Of a stretch of DNA of 63,747 bases, positions 24,919 to 38,479 are shown piece after piece (position 1 is the first letter of the stretch; each line of letters starts with the position of its first letter). The position numbers and the translations under genes were made by a program. Source of the stretch: Toensbergia leucococca (lineage: Eukaryota); assembly GCA_022813965.1 (NCBI GenBank), contig JALDZS010000142.1:1-63747 (forward strand), read 5' to 3'. The notes under the pieces are model-generated. The model was not told the origin of the DNA. It made no database searches and worked only from the letters and a program-made list of their open reading frames with translations.

Positions 24919-26120
24919 ATGGTTAGCTTTGCTCTCCTTACCAGCGGCGGAGCCCACTCTTTTGGTCCTCGCCCCAAGCATAGGCTTCGATTGAATGGGC
25001 CTAAGCATCTGTTACACCATGCAGCCCTAGTCTAGCACCGAAACATCTACCATCCCTGAAGGATTCGACTCTGAGCGCATCAATTTCTTCGACCGTCTTG
25101 CTGAGCAGGGCGAGACGTCCTGGGTTACGTCAGATGTTTGTGAATGCGTCATTATCGGCAACTTGTGGGATGTTATGTGTCACGAACACACAGCTCTAGA
25201 TGGGGATAGCGAAGATCTGGTTGGCAAACGGTTCGTGCACAACGGTCAGCGTGAGAGTATATGCTAGCCAACAAATTCGGCTACGAGCAACAGGATTTGC
25301 CGAGTTCCCGATTCCAAGAATTGATCACCAGGTCGTCGAAGAAGCATACCAGGAAAGCCTGAGGCGCTTGGAGACTTAAGAAGATAAACTTGTATTTTGT
25401 GCCCTGCGTTGATGGTAAGATAAGAATTAAGAAAAAGACCGTAAAAGCTATGGCGCAGTTGAAGCAGGAGGGTAAGATTGGTATCTCGTTCTTAGCAAAG
25501 TGTCTGTTACTACGTTATGCCACGCCCGTCAAAGTGCCTCCTATTTCAACAGTAGAGGTGAAGTGCTCCCCAGCTGCTCTCGACATCGAATGCGAGGGAA
25601 TAAACCTCCTCAGCTCAGCATGTGTAGGGAGTTGGGTATTTCAATCATGGCCTACAGCCCCTGGAGCGAGGCTTACCTGCAAATGGTATAATTTGTCTGA
25701 CTATTTGGAAGAGTGCAATAGACGTAGGTAGTTTCTGAGATTCATCGAGGAGAATTTCCCCCAAAAATTGGAATTGATCGAGAGGTTTGCTGCTTTGTCG
25801 AAAGCAAGTGATTTTACGGATAGGGCCTAGCTACTCAACAAATGCTTGGCTACTCGCTCAGGGCAAAGATGTCATACGAATATCGTGAGTTAGCCAAAAA
25901 AGAAAAAGAAAATCCCCCCTATTGAGTCTTTGATTGACGAATACTATTACAGGGGTAATACCCAAATCAAATACCTGGCGAAAATTTGGAGAGCGTTCAA
26001 AGTCAATTAAAAAAAGATTAGCTAGCGGAGATTGGTAAATCAGTGGAGGCCACGGGAATTCAATGAGCTAGGCATCTAGAAGTTTTCTTCGAAGAGACGT
26101 TCCGAAATACTGCTCCATTA
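24919..26120 (+). pseudogene. Aldo-keto reductase (YakC/pyridoxal-reductase-like) pseudogene
   Basis: Fragments IGFD*MGLS, GDSEDLVGK, ESLRRLET*, TVKAMAQLKQEGKI, CRELGISIMAYSP, RFIEENF in family order with many stops and frameshifts. Confidence 0.88.
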
Positions 26121-28623
26121 AGGGAGGGCGAGAAAGTGTGCATGTCTAGTCTAGGACCAGATCGATCACAATGGCGATCGAGGATTCGAGGCTACATGCA
26201 TCGACTCACGAAGTAGTCCAATCTAGTCACAATGGTTCTTCTCCTCTCGTGTCTCTTCATCATTCCGTCTGTCTCTAGACTTGCTCTCCTACTTCAATGA
26301 GCAACTTTCATCACTGCTTCATGAATTATAGACCTGATTCCCGCCTCCCCATAATTCTGTTGCCTCCATGCCAGCAAAAGATCTCCTCGTTCAAAGGGCG
26401 TCGATTTTTGGCTCAAAATTCTCAACATCTGGTGGCATTCGTGAGGCAAGAGGAATCGCGCGTTCCTGAACCATTGAGAATAGAATTAGATTGACCACCG
26501 AGGGGTATGTGTGAAGGGTTTGAGAGGCATGAGACGAAGAAGTATTATGCTATATAAGGTGGTAACGATGATAGTCATACCATTTGTGATGTCAACTTCC
26601 GGCCGATTAAATGGAGATCATATCCTGGTACCGGAGTACTGACGGAGTACTGTTTCTGGGGTCAAGGCCACCGAGGGTATTATAAGAAGCAAGGAACACG
26701 TCTCGTATACAACGATCCGCTTTAGCTAAGCTTACCAGGCGATTGCTGACTTCTGCATCTTGGAGTCGAAGTCTGCGGACAAACTCTGGGTTTACGGTGC
26801 GATGCTGAATATGGAATAAGTATTACGATGTATATACTGAACTGGAGAATGAGGTTGTATCAGCTCGAATCTTTGCAAGTGGATCTAGGAAAATTTTGTC
26901 ATCGTTTGAGATTTCTAGGCCCACAATCGGAGCTTGGGCAGATTCATCCGCAGAAATAGCCAGTGATGGGTAAAGGTCTTCGGCAAATGATTCCCCATCA
27001 TCGGCATCTTTACAACCGGAGAATCAATCATTCTAAGACATAGATCTGCTCTTTTGCGAAAAGTCTGGGGCCGGTAGCCCTTCACACGTGAGCAGGCCAT
27101 GAAAACCGCCGTCAAAGGATCGCAGAAAGTCTCCGATGAGAACGCTGATTATGCTGTCAAAAAACATGGCTTTGGAGAGACCAGCGCTGATGATTCCGTT
27201 GAAAAGGTTTCGGGAGGTATTGGGGAGTCTGGTCGCTCCGGCTAATGATTACCGTAAAGCAGTATCCCACGCACGCTTGACTGAAGCACTTTTTACGCCG
27301 GGGAGAGTCCTAAAGCGACTTCGTTCTTCGTTAGGGTGGAGGAACCGGCGTCGTTGCCTACCGTGATGAGCTCCGGCAATGGCTGTGACATAGAGGGATC
27401 GAGGCTTTGGCCAAGAGAAAGTTATACTTTTTTCTCCTATACTCTTTAGTAACAAATGTCTACATCACATAGAGTTATCTGAAAGTGTGGAGACTTGCGA
27501 TATCTCCGCTGTATTGAGCAGATTTGGATCTAGCGTTTCTCTGTCACAAGCTGACGTCGACCGTCTGTCCTAGACGAAGGATTAGACATCAGACCAAGCA
27601 TGGTACCATCGGGAATTGCGTTGTCAATGGCTGACATCCTTTCAATCTGTCGGATGTAGGACTTCACAGAACGATGTCGTTATAAAGATGCTTTCGAGAG
27701 CACCATACATTGAGGAGGATCGGAAGGTTTCTGATATGATCCTAGTATTCTTCATTATGCCAATTGGAAAATCTTTCACTTGTTCATTAGCTGTTCGGGT
27801 TTCAATATGGCTTTCGCAACTCCAGTCTCCTTTCAATCTCCCTTATTACACCGTCCTCCAGAAATTTCTTTCATACGTAGGTGAGAACGAAGTGAGAGCA
27901 CGTTCAGACGTTGTTATTAAGCTAGCGCTTACGGTGTGTTATCAACTACCTTGCCTTGTCACCAAGTTGAAACTCTTCATGACTTGGACATGTTGAGACT
28001 TTCGCGTTGCATACATGCTCTGCTTCGAAATAGGGTTGTAATATCCGCCTACCCCATTTCAGCACTCCCATACCCGCCCCTTTAAATAGTTCTGATTAGG
28101 CAAGAATTACCGGGGTAGAAAGAGACAGTGGTGAAGTGGATCGATTAATTTGTTAGCTTGAGAAAGAGGCGTGAGCTGAAAAAACATCTTCGGGATATCA
28201 ATTGATGGGCAGGTGGTGAGTGGAATTGAATCACTCGTTGGAAAATGTGTAAAGTGATGTTCAGAGTCGAGGACTCAATCTTACTCGTACCTCGTTCTCA
28301 GTCACAATCACGTGAGATACGGACCAAGAACAGCTTCAATTATCAGCTCTTTCGGTTACTCGTGGATATAGCAGCGACGAACATCACCGTCAGAGCATCT
28401 GATTTTCTCTCTCGTACGTACGTGAGGATCAGCTTTGGAAAATGCATGTGGAAGGTAGGTTTGTGTCAGAGGGACCGATCGAGATACAGTCAGAGATATT
28501 CATTGGAAACCTTTTCCAAGCTATCAACTTGGATCTAGAGTACAGATCAACTCATGTCAAGATCCCAGCTCCATTCAAACTTTCATTACCCCACCAGCAT
28601 TTCCCTTTTGCAGGTGCGACTCC

Positions 28624-29126
28624 TTACTTGTTATCTGCGATATTCTGCTGCACCGCGCCCCCAATCTTGCCGTCTGCGTTGAAATGCTGCCCTATCGATC
28701 CTTCCTTGTCGAAGGGTCCTCCGACTTTGTGTGCTGTACCGCCAATGGGACCATCGGCTAGTACCAAGTGAAAAGAGATTAGCTTACGAGGATTCTGTTA
28801 CAAACGCAACGAGAGGGGAGAACAAGGAGCTTGAGGAAGGGACATGAACTCTGAACGTTGATAAAACTTACCGTTGAACATGGAACCGATCGATCCGTCT
28901 TTGGAGAACACGCTCGTGCCGGTCCCAGTGGTCTTGTCACCTGCGGCTGGCTGATGGAGATTGGTCAGTAGACCTTTCTTCAATGTTGTGGGGAAAAAAA
29001 GACTGTGATGAGATGCAAGGATACAATCTGGCTGGCTGATTCATGAATGCCACTTGTGAGGTCTTGGTCTTTCATGGCACTATTTGCACCTTGTTCCATT
29101 GTCTTTGCGGAAGAATCGCCGTCCAT
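28624..29126 (-). CDS. Small (~104 aa) Gly-rich fungal protein with F-x-x-D/E-G-x-I-G repeats, 3 exons
   Basis: Exons 29126-29025, 28950-28872, 28757-28624 give MDGDSS...FSKDGSIGSMFNADGPIGGTAHKVGGPFDKEGSIGQHFNADGKIGGAVQQNIADNK*; canonical splice sites; only partly seen in the ORF track. Confidence 0.85.
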
Positions 29127-30776
29127 TGTTGTGGGCTGATTATTTGAATTGAAAAATAGAGAGATGGTTGATTTTACAAGATGATGCTAAAGACGGAAAG
29201 TAAATAATAAAATTTAATGGAGTATGACAGGCTGTGGGGAATTGAAGTGGACTTGGAGAAAATGAGCCCCTCTATGGTGGTGGGGTATAAGCGTCATGGA
29301 AGGCGAAGATTTACGTCAAGTACTTTTGTCTTCACCTATCACTGTCTCGGTCGATGATGTTTTTTTTTGGAGATCTCCTAGTAATTGTGCCTTCAGGCCC
29401 ACTCAAGGGTCATTTCATTCGACTCGCTACAAGAGGTAAAGGTGGAACCTTTTGGGAGCCGAACGAATGTGACTAGCGACCATAGGTATTATACCTTGAC
29501 ACGATTGTTTCATGAACCCTTGGCCGATCATTTTGCGATTTATCACCAAACGAGCGGCCGTCAATTTTTTCCCCTAGCCTCGATCTGGAAGTGAGAACGA
29601 CAAATTCGATACTGCGGGAGTCGTGTTACTTGCACATCATTTCGATTTCCGCCTTTCCGCTCTCCGCTTTGGGATTTGGATTTTGTTGGTAATTTGAATT
29701 GAGAAAAGTCTTAAGATTGAGAATAGATGGAGTAAGGCTTCTATTTGAAAAGGGGGCCTATGAGGAAAACCAAGACGCGGCGATGACGTTTGCGGGCTAA
29801 GACCTGACTTTCGCCACCACCAGTAAATACATGCTATGAAACCAGTCAGAGCTTCGTTGACATGACAAGTTGTGTTTAGAGCAGTGGATTTCTCGGAGGA
29901 TAGTTGATCCGTGCCTACACACATGTAAATTAGTAGACTGAATAGATACGTGTTCCTCGATGGATGAAAGCACCAATGCCATAACATCAGAACCCAAGAC
30001 GACAATGCTGCACTCTCTCTGACATCATCAATGAAAACACAATGCCACACATGGGCTTTGAGGCTGCGAAGCCTCAGCCCCAACGAGGATGGGCAATGGA
30101 TCGGCACCTTCGCCACCAATGAATGCTGTGTGACAGGCACATTCAAGACTCTTGAGAGGCCGCCTGATGACGCCTGCCAGCATGCAGATGCTGCCTGATA
30201 ATAGTTGCAGCCTCATGTCATTCCCAGCCAGAGGAAGTATGTTGCCCCATGCTCAGCATCATAGCAAGATGCATTGCTAGAAGCTGTTTTGTGCACAGTC
30301 CTATGAGCATATGGACTCTACAAATCCCACACAGCATCCGGCCATGTCAGACATAGGCAGGCGGGGTCTGTAGTAAAACTAACATGACTATATTGCATTC
30401 TCTCAAGGCTCAAAAGCAGTCGATAAGAAACTTCTATTCAAGAAGCACCAAGTCCGCGCAAGTATGCAGCACGCATGGTCAGACGGGTAGTGACAGCTTT
30501 CTTTGACATTCACTTCTGTATCTTACTCATCGACGCATTCGCATGACATCGTCCCCCAACACTCTTCCCTATTGCACAGTCTTTGGGGACGTCCCTGATA
30601 CCAAAGCTGTTAAGCCTTTTCTGGCTCCGCACCTACGCCTTCTCTACAAGGGATTGGGAACGTAGACAGTCTCTTTCGTCTTCATTTTCTGTGCGTCTAC
30701 ACCGTTTACACTGCACTATCGTCTGACACTCCGTGAGCCTCTGGTCTTGAGGCCTTTGGATGGCCCTATCTCCACT

Positions 30777-33700
30777 ATGGACAGAACCAAGTAAGCTTCA
30801 TCCATCATCTTTCGAAAGGCATATTATCTAACCCGAGCAGGCCATGTTTCAAGTTCGCTCAAGGGAATTGCATCTACGGGGAGAAGTGCAAGTTCAGTCA
30901 TAACGTAAAGTCGACTCCTAGAAAGCAAGTATCCAGCCAAGCCCAATCGCGCGGAGTTTGCAGGTATTACCTGGCTGGAGGATGTCAGTTAGGGAACAAA
31001 TGTCAATACTCTCACGAGCCCTCGGACACCATTCCTCCGTTGAAACCCAAAGTGGTACTGGACGAAAACGACCATAAGCTCCGGGGATGGATGAGAACCA
31101 TCTCGCGCTCAAAGAGCTTTCAAACACTGCACATGGATGAGATTTCAATTTTTTTTGAAACTTCCCTACACCTTCTCAACTTGAGTCCAGCTAGACCAGG
31201 TATAGCCCAACAAATCATATCAAACCTCGCCACTGAAGATGGACTGGTCATTGTGAATGAGGTCACTGTCATTCTTGGAAGATGTCCTGAGGTTAGGAGG
31301 GTTTCTTGTTTTAGCTCGCTAGTCCTACCATTTCTCCGATCTTTGACACACAAAGACATCATCTCGTCTTTGCTCTTGGAGACAAAAATTGGTACCATCT
31401 ACAATGTTCTCTACGGTGTTGGTGGCGCTCGAGCTGCGGGATTCTTCCGTACTATTGCTACTATCCTGGCAAGCCTACCAGTCTCGGACGAAATTTTCCA
31501 GCTCTCAGTAGCAGCAGTTCTAGCTGCTCTCCTTAAGCTTCTTGATTGCAATCAGTCGGCATCGGTAAATCCAGATATCCAAGACGTCTTCAAGGACATA
31601 AAGGCATCTGCAGAGCGAGCTCAGATAGACAACGGGAGTCTTAGTATGCAGTCAGCTCTGCGTAGCTTGTCAAAAATAGATATTAGATTGGGCCAGAGTA
31701 ACTCAATACCCTTATTCACGAACGAGATCAAAGACATATTAACACCAGCCATGTTCGATCTTGGCCAAGATGGCCCTGGGAACCTCTCAGCTCAAGGACC
31801 ACGACATGATAACGACCATGCAGACATCAGTCTAATCAGTATCATGCCAACGGCCCAGGAGATCAAGTCTGAGCGTCCAGAGTATCTTCCTACCACAAAT
31901 CTACACAATCATCATTTGGCGGGAATCCAAGGACTGTGCGATCGTCAGTTTCGACTACTTCGAGAAGACACGATTGGACAATTGCGAAACTGCGTAGCAT
32001 CAGTGCTTGGAGATCTTACGAGCGCGAAGGAAAATGGAGGATCCATCCGTAAAACCGATGATGCCTTCCGTGGAACGCGTGTCTTTGTATACGACAATGT
32101 TTTGCTACCGGACATAATTTTTGATATGAAAAAGGGGCTTCGCTTTGCTGCAGAATTTGATCAGCCTGGACCGGCGAAGAAGCTCGCAACAGAGATGCAA
32201 CGTCGCTCATGGTGGGATGAGAGTAAAAGATTACAGATTGACTCCCTGTTGTGTCTTGTCGACTCCGATGGGAGGACTGTCTTCCTTTACGTCGCTGAGC
32301 GCGAAGAGCGAAAGTTTGAGCCCGACGGAACGATCTCTTCGATCCCGCACAGCATGTCCCTCAACCTTTGGAGCGATCGACAGCGCTCAACTATCATCTT
32401 ACAGCTCGTGGATATGCAAAAGCAAGAGATCCTAGAAGTTCTTAGTCGAAGTCAGAATGAAAGTCTCGTTCGAAACGTCTTGGTTGAATTTCCTGGAATT
32501 CTGTTGCCCTCGTTCCGTCCCACATTGGAGGCTCTTCAGCGTATGAGTAAGAATTTTCAAGATGTGCCATTCTCGCAATTGATTGCCTTGTCCCCAGAAA
32601 GTGGAGAGGGAGGAGAGCAGGGAATGGCTGATATACCGCCACCAACATACGCACTTCAACGTGGATTTTCATTCAATCTTGGAGCAATCTCAAAGGGCGC
32701 GCCGTTACGGCTACAAGTAGGAACAAGATTCAACAGCCAAGACTTGATGGCACAGACATCTTTGGATGTCACTCAGTGTCAAGCCTTGATCAATGGCCTG
32801 ACACGAAGCTTTGCACTGATCCAAGGACCTCCGGGAACCGGAAAATCTTTTGTCGCTGTCCAAATGGTTAGAGTACTTCTAGCGTCTCGTACTCAGGCCG
32901 ATTTGGGACCAATAGTGTGCGTGTAAGTATCTGTCTGCCCACTTACTATTCATTAATGATTTACAAAAATGATTAATTCTCATCTCCAGTTGTTATACGA
33001 ATCACGCTCTGGATCAATTCCTCGAGCATCTTCTAACCGACGGGACCGAGCAACTCATTAGACTAGGGGGCCGTTCAAAATCAAAGAAACTTGAACCTTT
33101 GAATCTACCAATGTCACCGCCGATGCTGTGCGAACTCCGGTAGAGAAAAAGGAGGTGTGGGAGTGCAGAACTCGGATTGAGTTAGCAGGGACCGAGATAT
33201 TGTCTTTACTGAACGAGCTAAAACGTGCTGACAGTCTTGTCAGCGTAAGAGACTATCTACAAAAGTTCTTTCCACATCATCATGGCGCTTTATTTGCCAA
33301 GACAGATTCCGATGGTTTTGTTGAGGTACGCAACAAGCGACGTGATCCCATCCAAAACTGGCTATTTCCTACTCGTGGAGCTCCTACTGGAGCTTGGCGA
33401 ACTCGCTCTCTCGCTACGCTGCGCGAAGCATCTTTGTTCGAAATGTCGGTAGTGGAGCGGCGATCTCTGCATGCCAACTGGGTTCGTCGGATTCGTGAGG
33501 ATATACGTGCGTTGCTCAATGAAAGCATCGCGGATTATATCGAAGCCAAGGACGACATCAAGGATTGCTATCGGGAAGTGGACCTGAGATGCTTGAAGCA
33601 AGCACACGTTATTGGAGTCACGACGAGTGGCCTCGCAAAGAACGTAGACCTGTTACGACGCTTAGGATCCAAGGTACTTTTATGTGAAGAGGCAGGGGAA

Positions 33701-36700
33701 ATATTAGAGGCCCACACAATCACAGCTCTGCTACCATCCATCGATCATGCAATCTTCATTGGAGATCATTTCCAGGTTCGACACCGACTTCTATTGGTAG
33801 GATTTTGCTAATTCTTCTAAAGTTACGCCCCCAGATCCAGAACTTCGACCTTTCGCTGGAAAATCATCGCGGTATCAAATACTCTCTTGATGTTTCCCTT
33901 TTTGAGCGTTTGATAAAACCACAAACGTCTGCTCCTAGGCTTCCTCATGATACTTTACAGACTCAGCGAAGAATGGATCCTCAAATATCGCGCCTCATTC
34001 GTGAGACACTCTATCCTCGACTCTTAGATCACGGATGTGTTCAGTCATATCCCGCAGTACATGGAATGCGGAAGAGGCTGTTCTGGTTTGACCATCGCCA
34101 ACCCGAATCTGGAGCAGATCCTTCGCTCCCAATGCAAACCTCATATTTTAACGACTTTGAGGTTCTTCTGATTGCCGCACTAGTCACACATCTTGTGCGT
34201 CAAGGAACGTACAACAGCGAAGAAATCGCCGTCATTACGCCTTACGTCCGACAGCTTCAGCGTATCCGATCTGCACTCGGCCAAACTTTCGAGATTGTCA
34301 TTGGGGAGCGAGATTTAGACGAGATGGAGAAGGAAGGTCTAGACACCAACTCACCTCCTCCCATGGTTCAGAAGACGACGCTACTTCAGAGCCTACGCTT
34401 AGCTACGGTCGATAATTTTCAAGGGGAGGAGGCCAAGGTGGTGATAGTCTCTCTGGTGCGCAGTAACGACACGAACAAATGTGGATTTCTGAAAACATCG
34501 AATCGAATCAACGTCTTACTGAGCCGAGCTCAGCATGGGATGTACATTATTGGAAACTCTTTGACCTACACGAATATACCAATGTGGAAGAGAATCATAT
34601 CGATGTTGAATCAATACGACAACATCGGAGATAGGCTTTCGCTCTGCTGTCCGAGACACAAGGAAACGCCCATTGAGATAGCCGCTCCGGATGACTTTGC
34701 TAGACTTGCTCCCGAAGGTGGTTGTGACTTGCAGTGCTCGATGAGGCTACGCTGCGGACATGCATGTTCATACAAATGCCACTCTCGATCTCGTCATGAC
34801 GCGGTCGTATGCCCGGAACCTTGTCCAAAGCGGCGAGACACTTGCGACCATGAATGCTCAAAAAAATGCGGCGAACCCTGCGATTCCTTGTGTAGAGTGA
34901 CAGTGAAAGACGTTCGCTTGCCATGCGGGCATACCAAAGCCAAGATTGAATGTCATCGGCTTCAGACCCTTTCTTCAGTGAAATGCCACGAGAAAGTCAA
35001 AAAGCTTGTTCCTCACTGCGGGCATACAACCATGCTTGATTGTCATATTGCAACTTCAACTCGGTCTTACCCCTGTACTGCAATCTGCGAAACCGATCTC
35101 CCTTGCGGCCACAAGTGCCTTCGCAGTTGTTGTGTATGTCTACCTCGAGAGGAAGGAAAACCCGGAAACCCCGACCATGGAACCTGTACAAGTCGGTGCG
35201 GCCGCCAATTCGCCACCTGCTCACACTCGTGCTCAACACCATGTCATGGGGAAGAACCTTGTCCAATTTGCCGTGAGCAATGCGCGGTCAAGTGCAGTCA
35301 TTCAAGATGCGCTCAAGTGTGTTCTGAGCCCTGTCCACCTTGTGCTATGGCTTGTGACTCTGGGTGCCGGCATCAAGGGAGGTGCCAAATGCCTTGTGCT
35401 GTCCCTTGCGACATTGTACCTTGTTCAAAGAGATGCGACCAACGATTGAGCTGCGGCCATCAATGTCCCTCGATATGTGGCGAAGATTGTCCAAGCTCTG
35501 CATTTTGCCAATTGTGCGCTCGCCCACCCATCAGGGAATTAATGGTCGACTATATTGAAGGCAAGACCTACGGAGAGGTTGATCTGGATGAAGATCCTGT
35601 TATCATCCCTTCTTGCGGACACATATTGACGGTTTTCAACATGGACGGGCATCTGGATATGGCTAAATATTATATCATGTCCCCGGAAGGCCGTGTACGG
35701 TCGCCCGTCTCTGGGTCTCAACCGTTCTCGAATAATGATCTTAAAGCCTGCCCTATGTGTCGTGCACCACTGAGGAACATCAATCGCTACAATCGAATAG
35801 TCAAACGCGGTCTTCTAGATGAGGCTACGAAGCGTTTTATCGTATGGTCAAATGCAAAATACGTTCCGCTGACCGACCGAATGTTTCAAGAAGAAGAGCG
35901 ATTGAAAAGTGACAAGATCGTCATGAACGGTCTAGATCAAGACACCAATGGAGCTAGCTTCTTCTCAGTCCTGACTGAAGACAACAAGCTTCACATCAAC
36001 GGTCCGAGGAATTCTCAATTGAGGCTCGTCCGTCATCTATCAGGTTTATCCCTACGACATGCTCCCACGTTTGACCTTCGTCGAGAAATCAACACATTTC
36101 TTGGCCAAGTAAGCGAAGGAGAACAACCTTTCGCAAGAGTCCATCAAATGGTGCAGAATTCTAGAAGAATTGGCCTCGAATCAGACTTTGAATTCGACAC
36201 GGGCGTTCTCCAGACCCGCCATCGCCTTTTAGCCACTTCTTTGTCCATTCGCTGCGATTTGAGTATTCTTTGCGACCTCATCAAGGTCTTTCAAGAGAAG
36301 AAACCCATTATGATGAGAACGCACGCTTGGATGAAGGCTGAGCTTGTTTTGGATCTCTCTCACAATCGCTTGGACTCTCTCGCTCTCGTGCAAGAAGCCA
36401 TAAACTTAAAACAACCCATGGTAGAGTTGGAAGCGAGGCTTTTCTTTGTCAAGTTTGTGGTCCTTGAGCGAGCGTCGTCTGCAAACATGAATATCGCGGA
36501 GACGCTGAGTAACGACGCTAACGAGCAGATTCGCCTTGCTAGAAGTGTTGTAAAAGCTTCTTCAAGTACGGCCAGCATGCTTGCCGAAATCGAAGATACC
36601 GAGCGATTATTAAGAGGCTCGACATTTATACAGAATTCACTAATGAAGAAAAGCGTGCTGTCTACCAAGCGATGGCACAAGATTTCCGTGGAACAGGTAT

Positions 36701-36984
36701 GCACTCAGACACCAGCATCGTTTGAAAAGGCCATCTAATACTTCTTACAGGGCATTGGTATCGGTGTATCAACAACCATCCTGTAAGCTACTGTCCGAGG
36801 ACAGTGTTATATTCAATTCAGCTAATTACGCCCATAGTTTACAGTAGGCGAGTGCGGTATGCCGATGCAGACCTCAACCTGCCCGCAATGTGGCGCACCT
36901 ATTGGGGGAACATCTCATCGGTCTGTCGAGGGTGTTAGAAGAGCCGCAGATTTCGATGATATGTTCGGTAATCTGGCAATCTAG
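30777..36984 (+). CDS. ZNFX1: ZNFX1-type protein (2x CCCH, UPF1-like SF1 helicase, NFX1 zinc fingers, RING-like, RZ finger); two frameshifts as assembled
   Basis: Exons 30777-30790, 30841-32922, 32990-33775, 33823-36696, 36751-36782, 36838-36984. PRHDNDH, RLLRED, QGPPGTGKS, CYTNHALDQF, EEAGE, GDHFQLRP, SLFERL, TVDNFQGEE, NVLLSRA, CGH repeats, HWYRC..HPFTVGECGMPM..CPQCGAPIGG. Frame breaks at ~33107 and ~36626. Confidence 0.92.
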
Positions 36985-37209
36985 GTCTGATCTCGAAGCG
37001 ACCTCAATTCTGCTGATGAGGCTTATTCATTAGCAGCTTGTTTGCTTGATATGAGAATAGATTGAAATGTTTGCCTAGATTGATAGCGGTCAATTTTCCG
37101 AGCAAAGTGCGAAGGATTGGGCCTACGAAGTGTTTAATTTTACATGTACACATCTAACCTAGCACAAAGGCTTTTCAATGACTAGTCTGAGCAATTTACT
37201 CGACGCTCA

Positions 37210-37880
37210 TATTGGACTACACGAGCAAGCGCAGGAGGCTTTTCGTCGTGTTGAGTTCCAAGAATCGCAACACTTCCAGCATCTTTTGTTACTGAAGCAT
37301 TCATCTTCTGTATTCATCTCATGAAGAACAGTTTCTAATTCATCTTGGGATACCTAAGCTCATCTTAATTCTCTCTTCTGTTCTCTCCCCTCTGTCATAT
37401 CGTCGTCCAGATCTTCATTTTGTATACTTGCCTAAAGTATCTTTCCTTTCATCTTATATATATGTGCACAATAGAGTTCGCAGCCAGTGCCTCTCTTTTT
37501 CTTGATCCATTGCTCGTTCTGTCGTGCAAAAATGTTCATCTCACCTCAGGAAAGAAACGGCACTCTTAGACTGAACATGTGCAACACCATAGGCGCCATC
37601 ACATTCATTGACACGTGTATAAATATGTTCACGATTATGTCCATCATGCCATTGATCAGTACCCTGTTTTAATGGCCTAAATACCGGTAAATCATCACTT
37701 TGGTTCTGAAGAAAGATTTGATCCTCCCATAACCTTTGTCAATTAAAATGTACATACTTTCTACCCTCTTCATAAACTCCACGTGTGCTGATAAATGGGC
37801 ATCAATCAGCTGTATCATATTCTCACATCCTTTCCAATGACTGCGTCTATATCTAATATCTATGCTACTATCCGTCCGAC
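37210..37880 (-). pseudogene. Mutated ORF relic of unknown family
   Basis: One minus frame runs ~200 codons (..GVYEEGRKYVHFN*QRLWEDQIFLQNQSDDLPVFRPLKQGTDQW..) interrupted only by TGA/TAG codons compatible with C-to-T changes. Confidence 0.5.
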
Positions 37881-38479
37881 CCATACTCTTATTCATTTTA
37901 TACTACGTAAACACTCTGTACCGCATATGTACCTGCCTTGGGCAAGGTGCTGTGAAGATTGCTCGGCGATGTTTCCAGGGCCAAGAGACTGTGAGAGTGA
38001 TGGCTTACCAGAGATGAGGTTGGACGTCAAAGGTCTGTTGGGCTGCCAGCCTGAATAGAATAGTGAGGACCGAAGTTGCCAGTCTTAAGCTTCTCGTTAA
38101 GGACTATTGATGGGACAGAACCCGACCTGGGTCTCCTTGAGCTTGCTTGAAACACGAGAATCCTTTCACGAGCAAGTCACAGATAACGCATTTCCTGCCG
38201 ATTTTCTAGGATATAGCTATCCTCACTGAGCGCACTGTGCGACCGTATTTGCGTTCTAACATCTCGCTATCTGCTGGGCCAGGATTCGGCTCTACTTCTG
38301 GCGGAGGAGGAAGCTTCTTCACTACAAGGCTTTTCCTCAACAGCCCCGAGCAGGTTATTAATAATCCTTCGATTCCCGCCTTTGTTCCTCTTTCTTACAC
38401 AGTACAATCCATTTTCGATCCGTTGATGAATTCATACCATGGTTCCCACATTAGCGAATATACCGACAACCCTCATCTC

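Noticed and set aside
38275..38298. Minus-strand EVEPNPGP resembling a 2A/StopGo motif (D[V/I]ExNPGP)
   Set aside because: D is replaced by E, it is preceded by PPPP rather than a helix, the frame is short, and the relic coding strand here appears to be plus.
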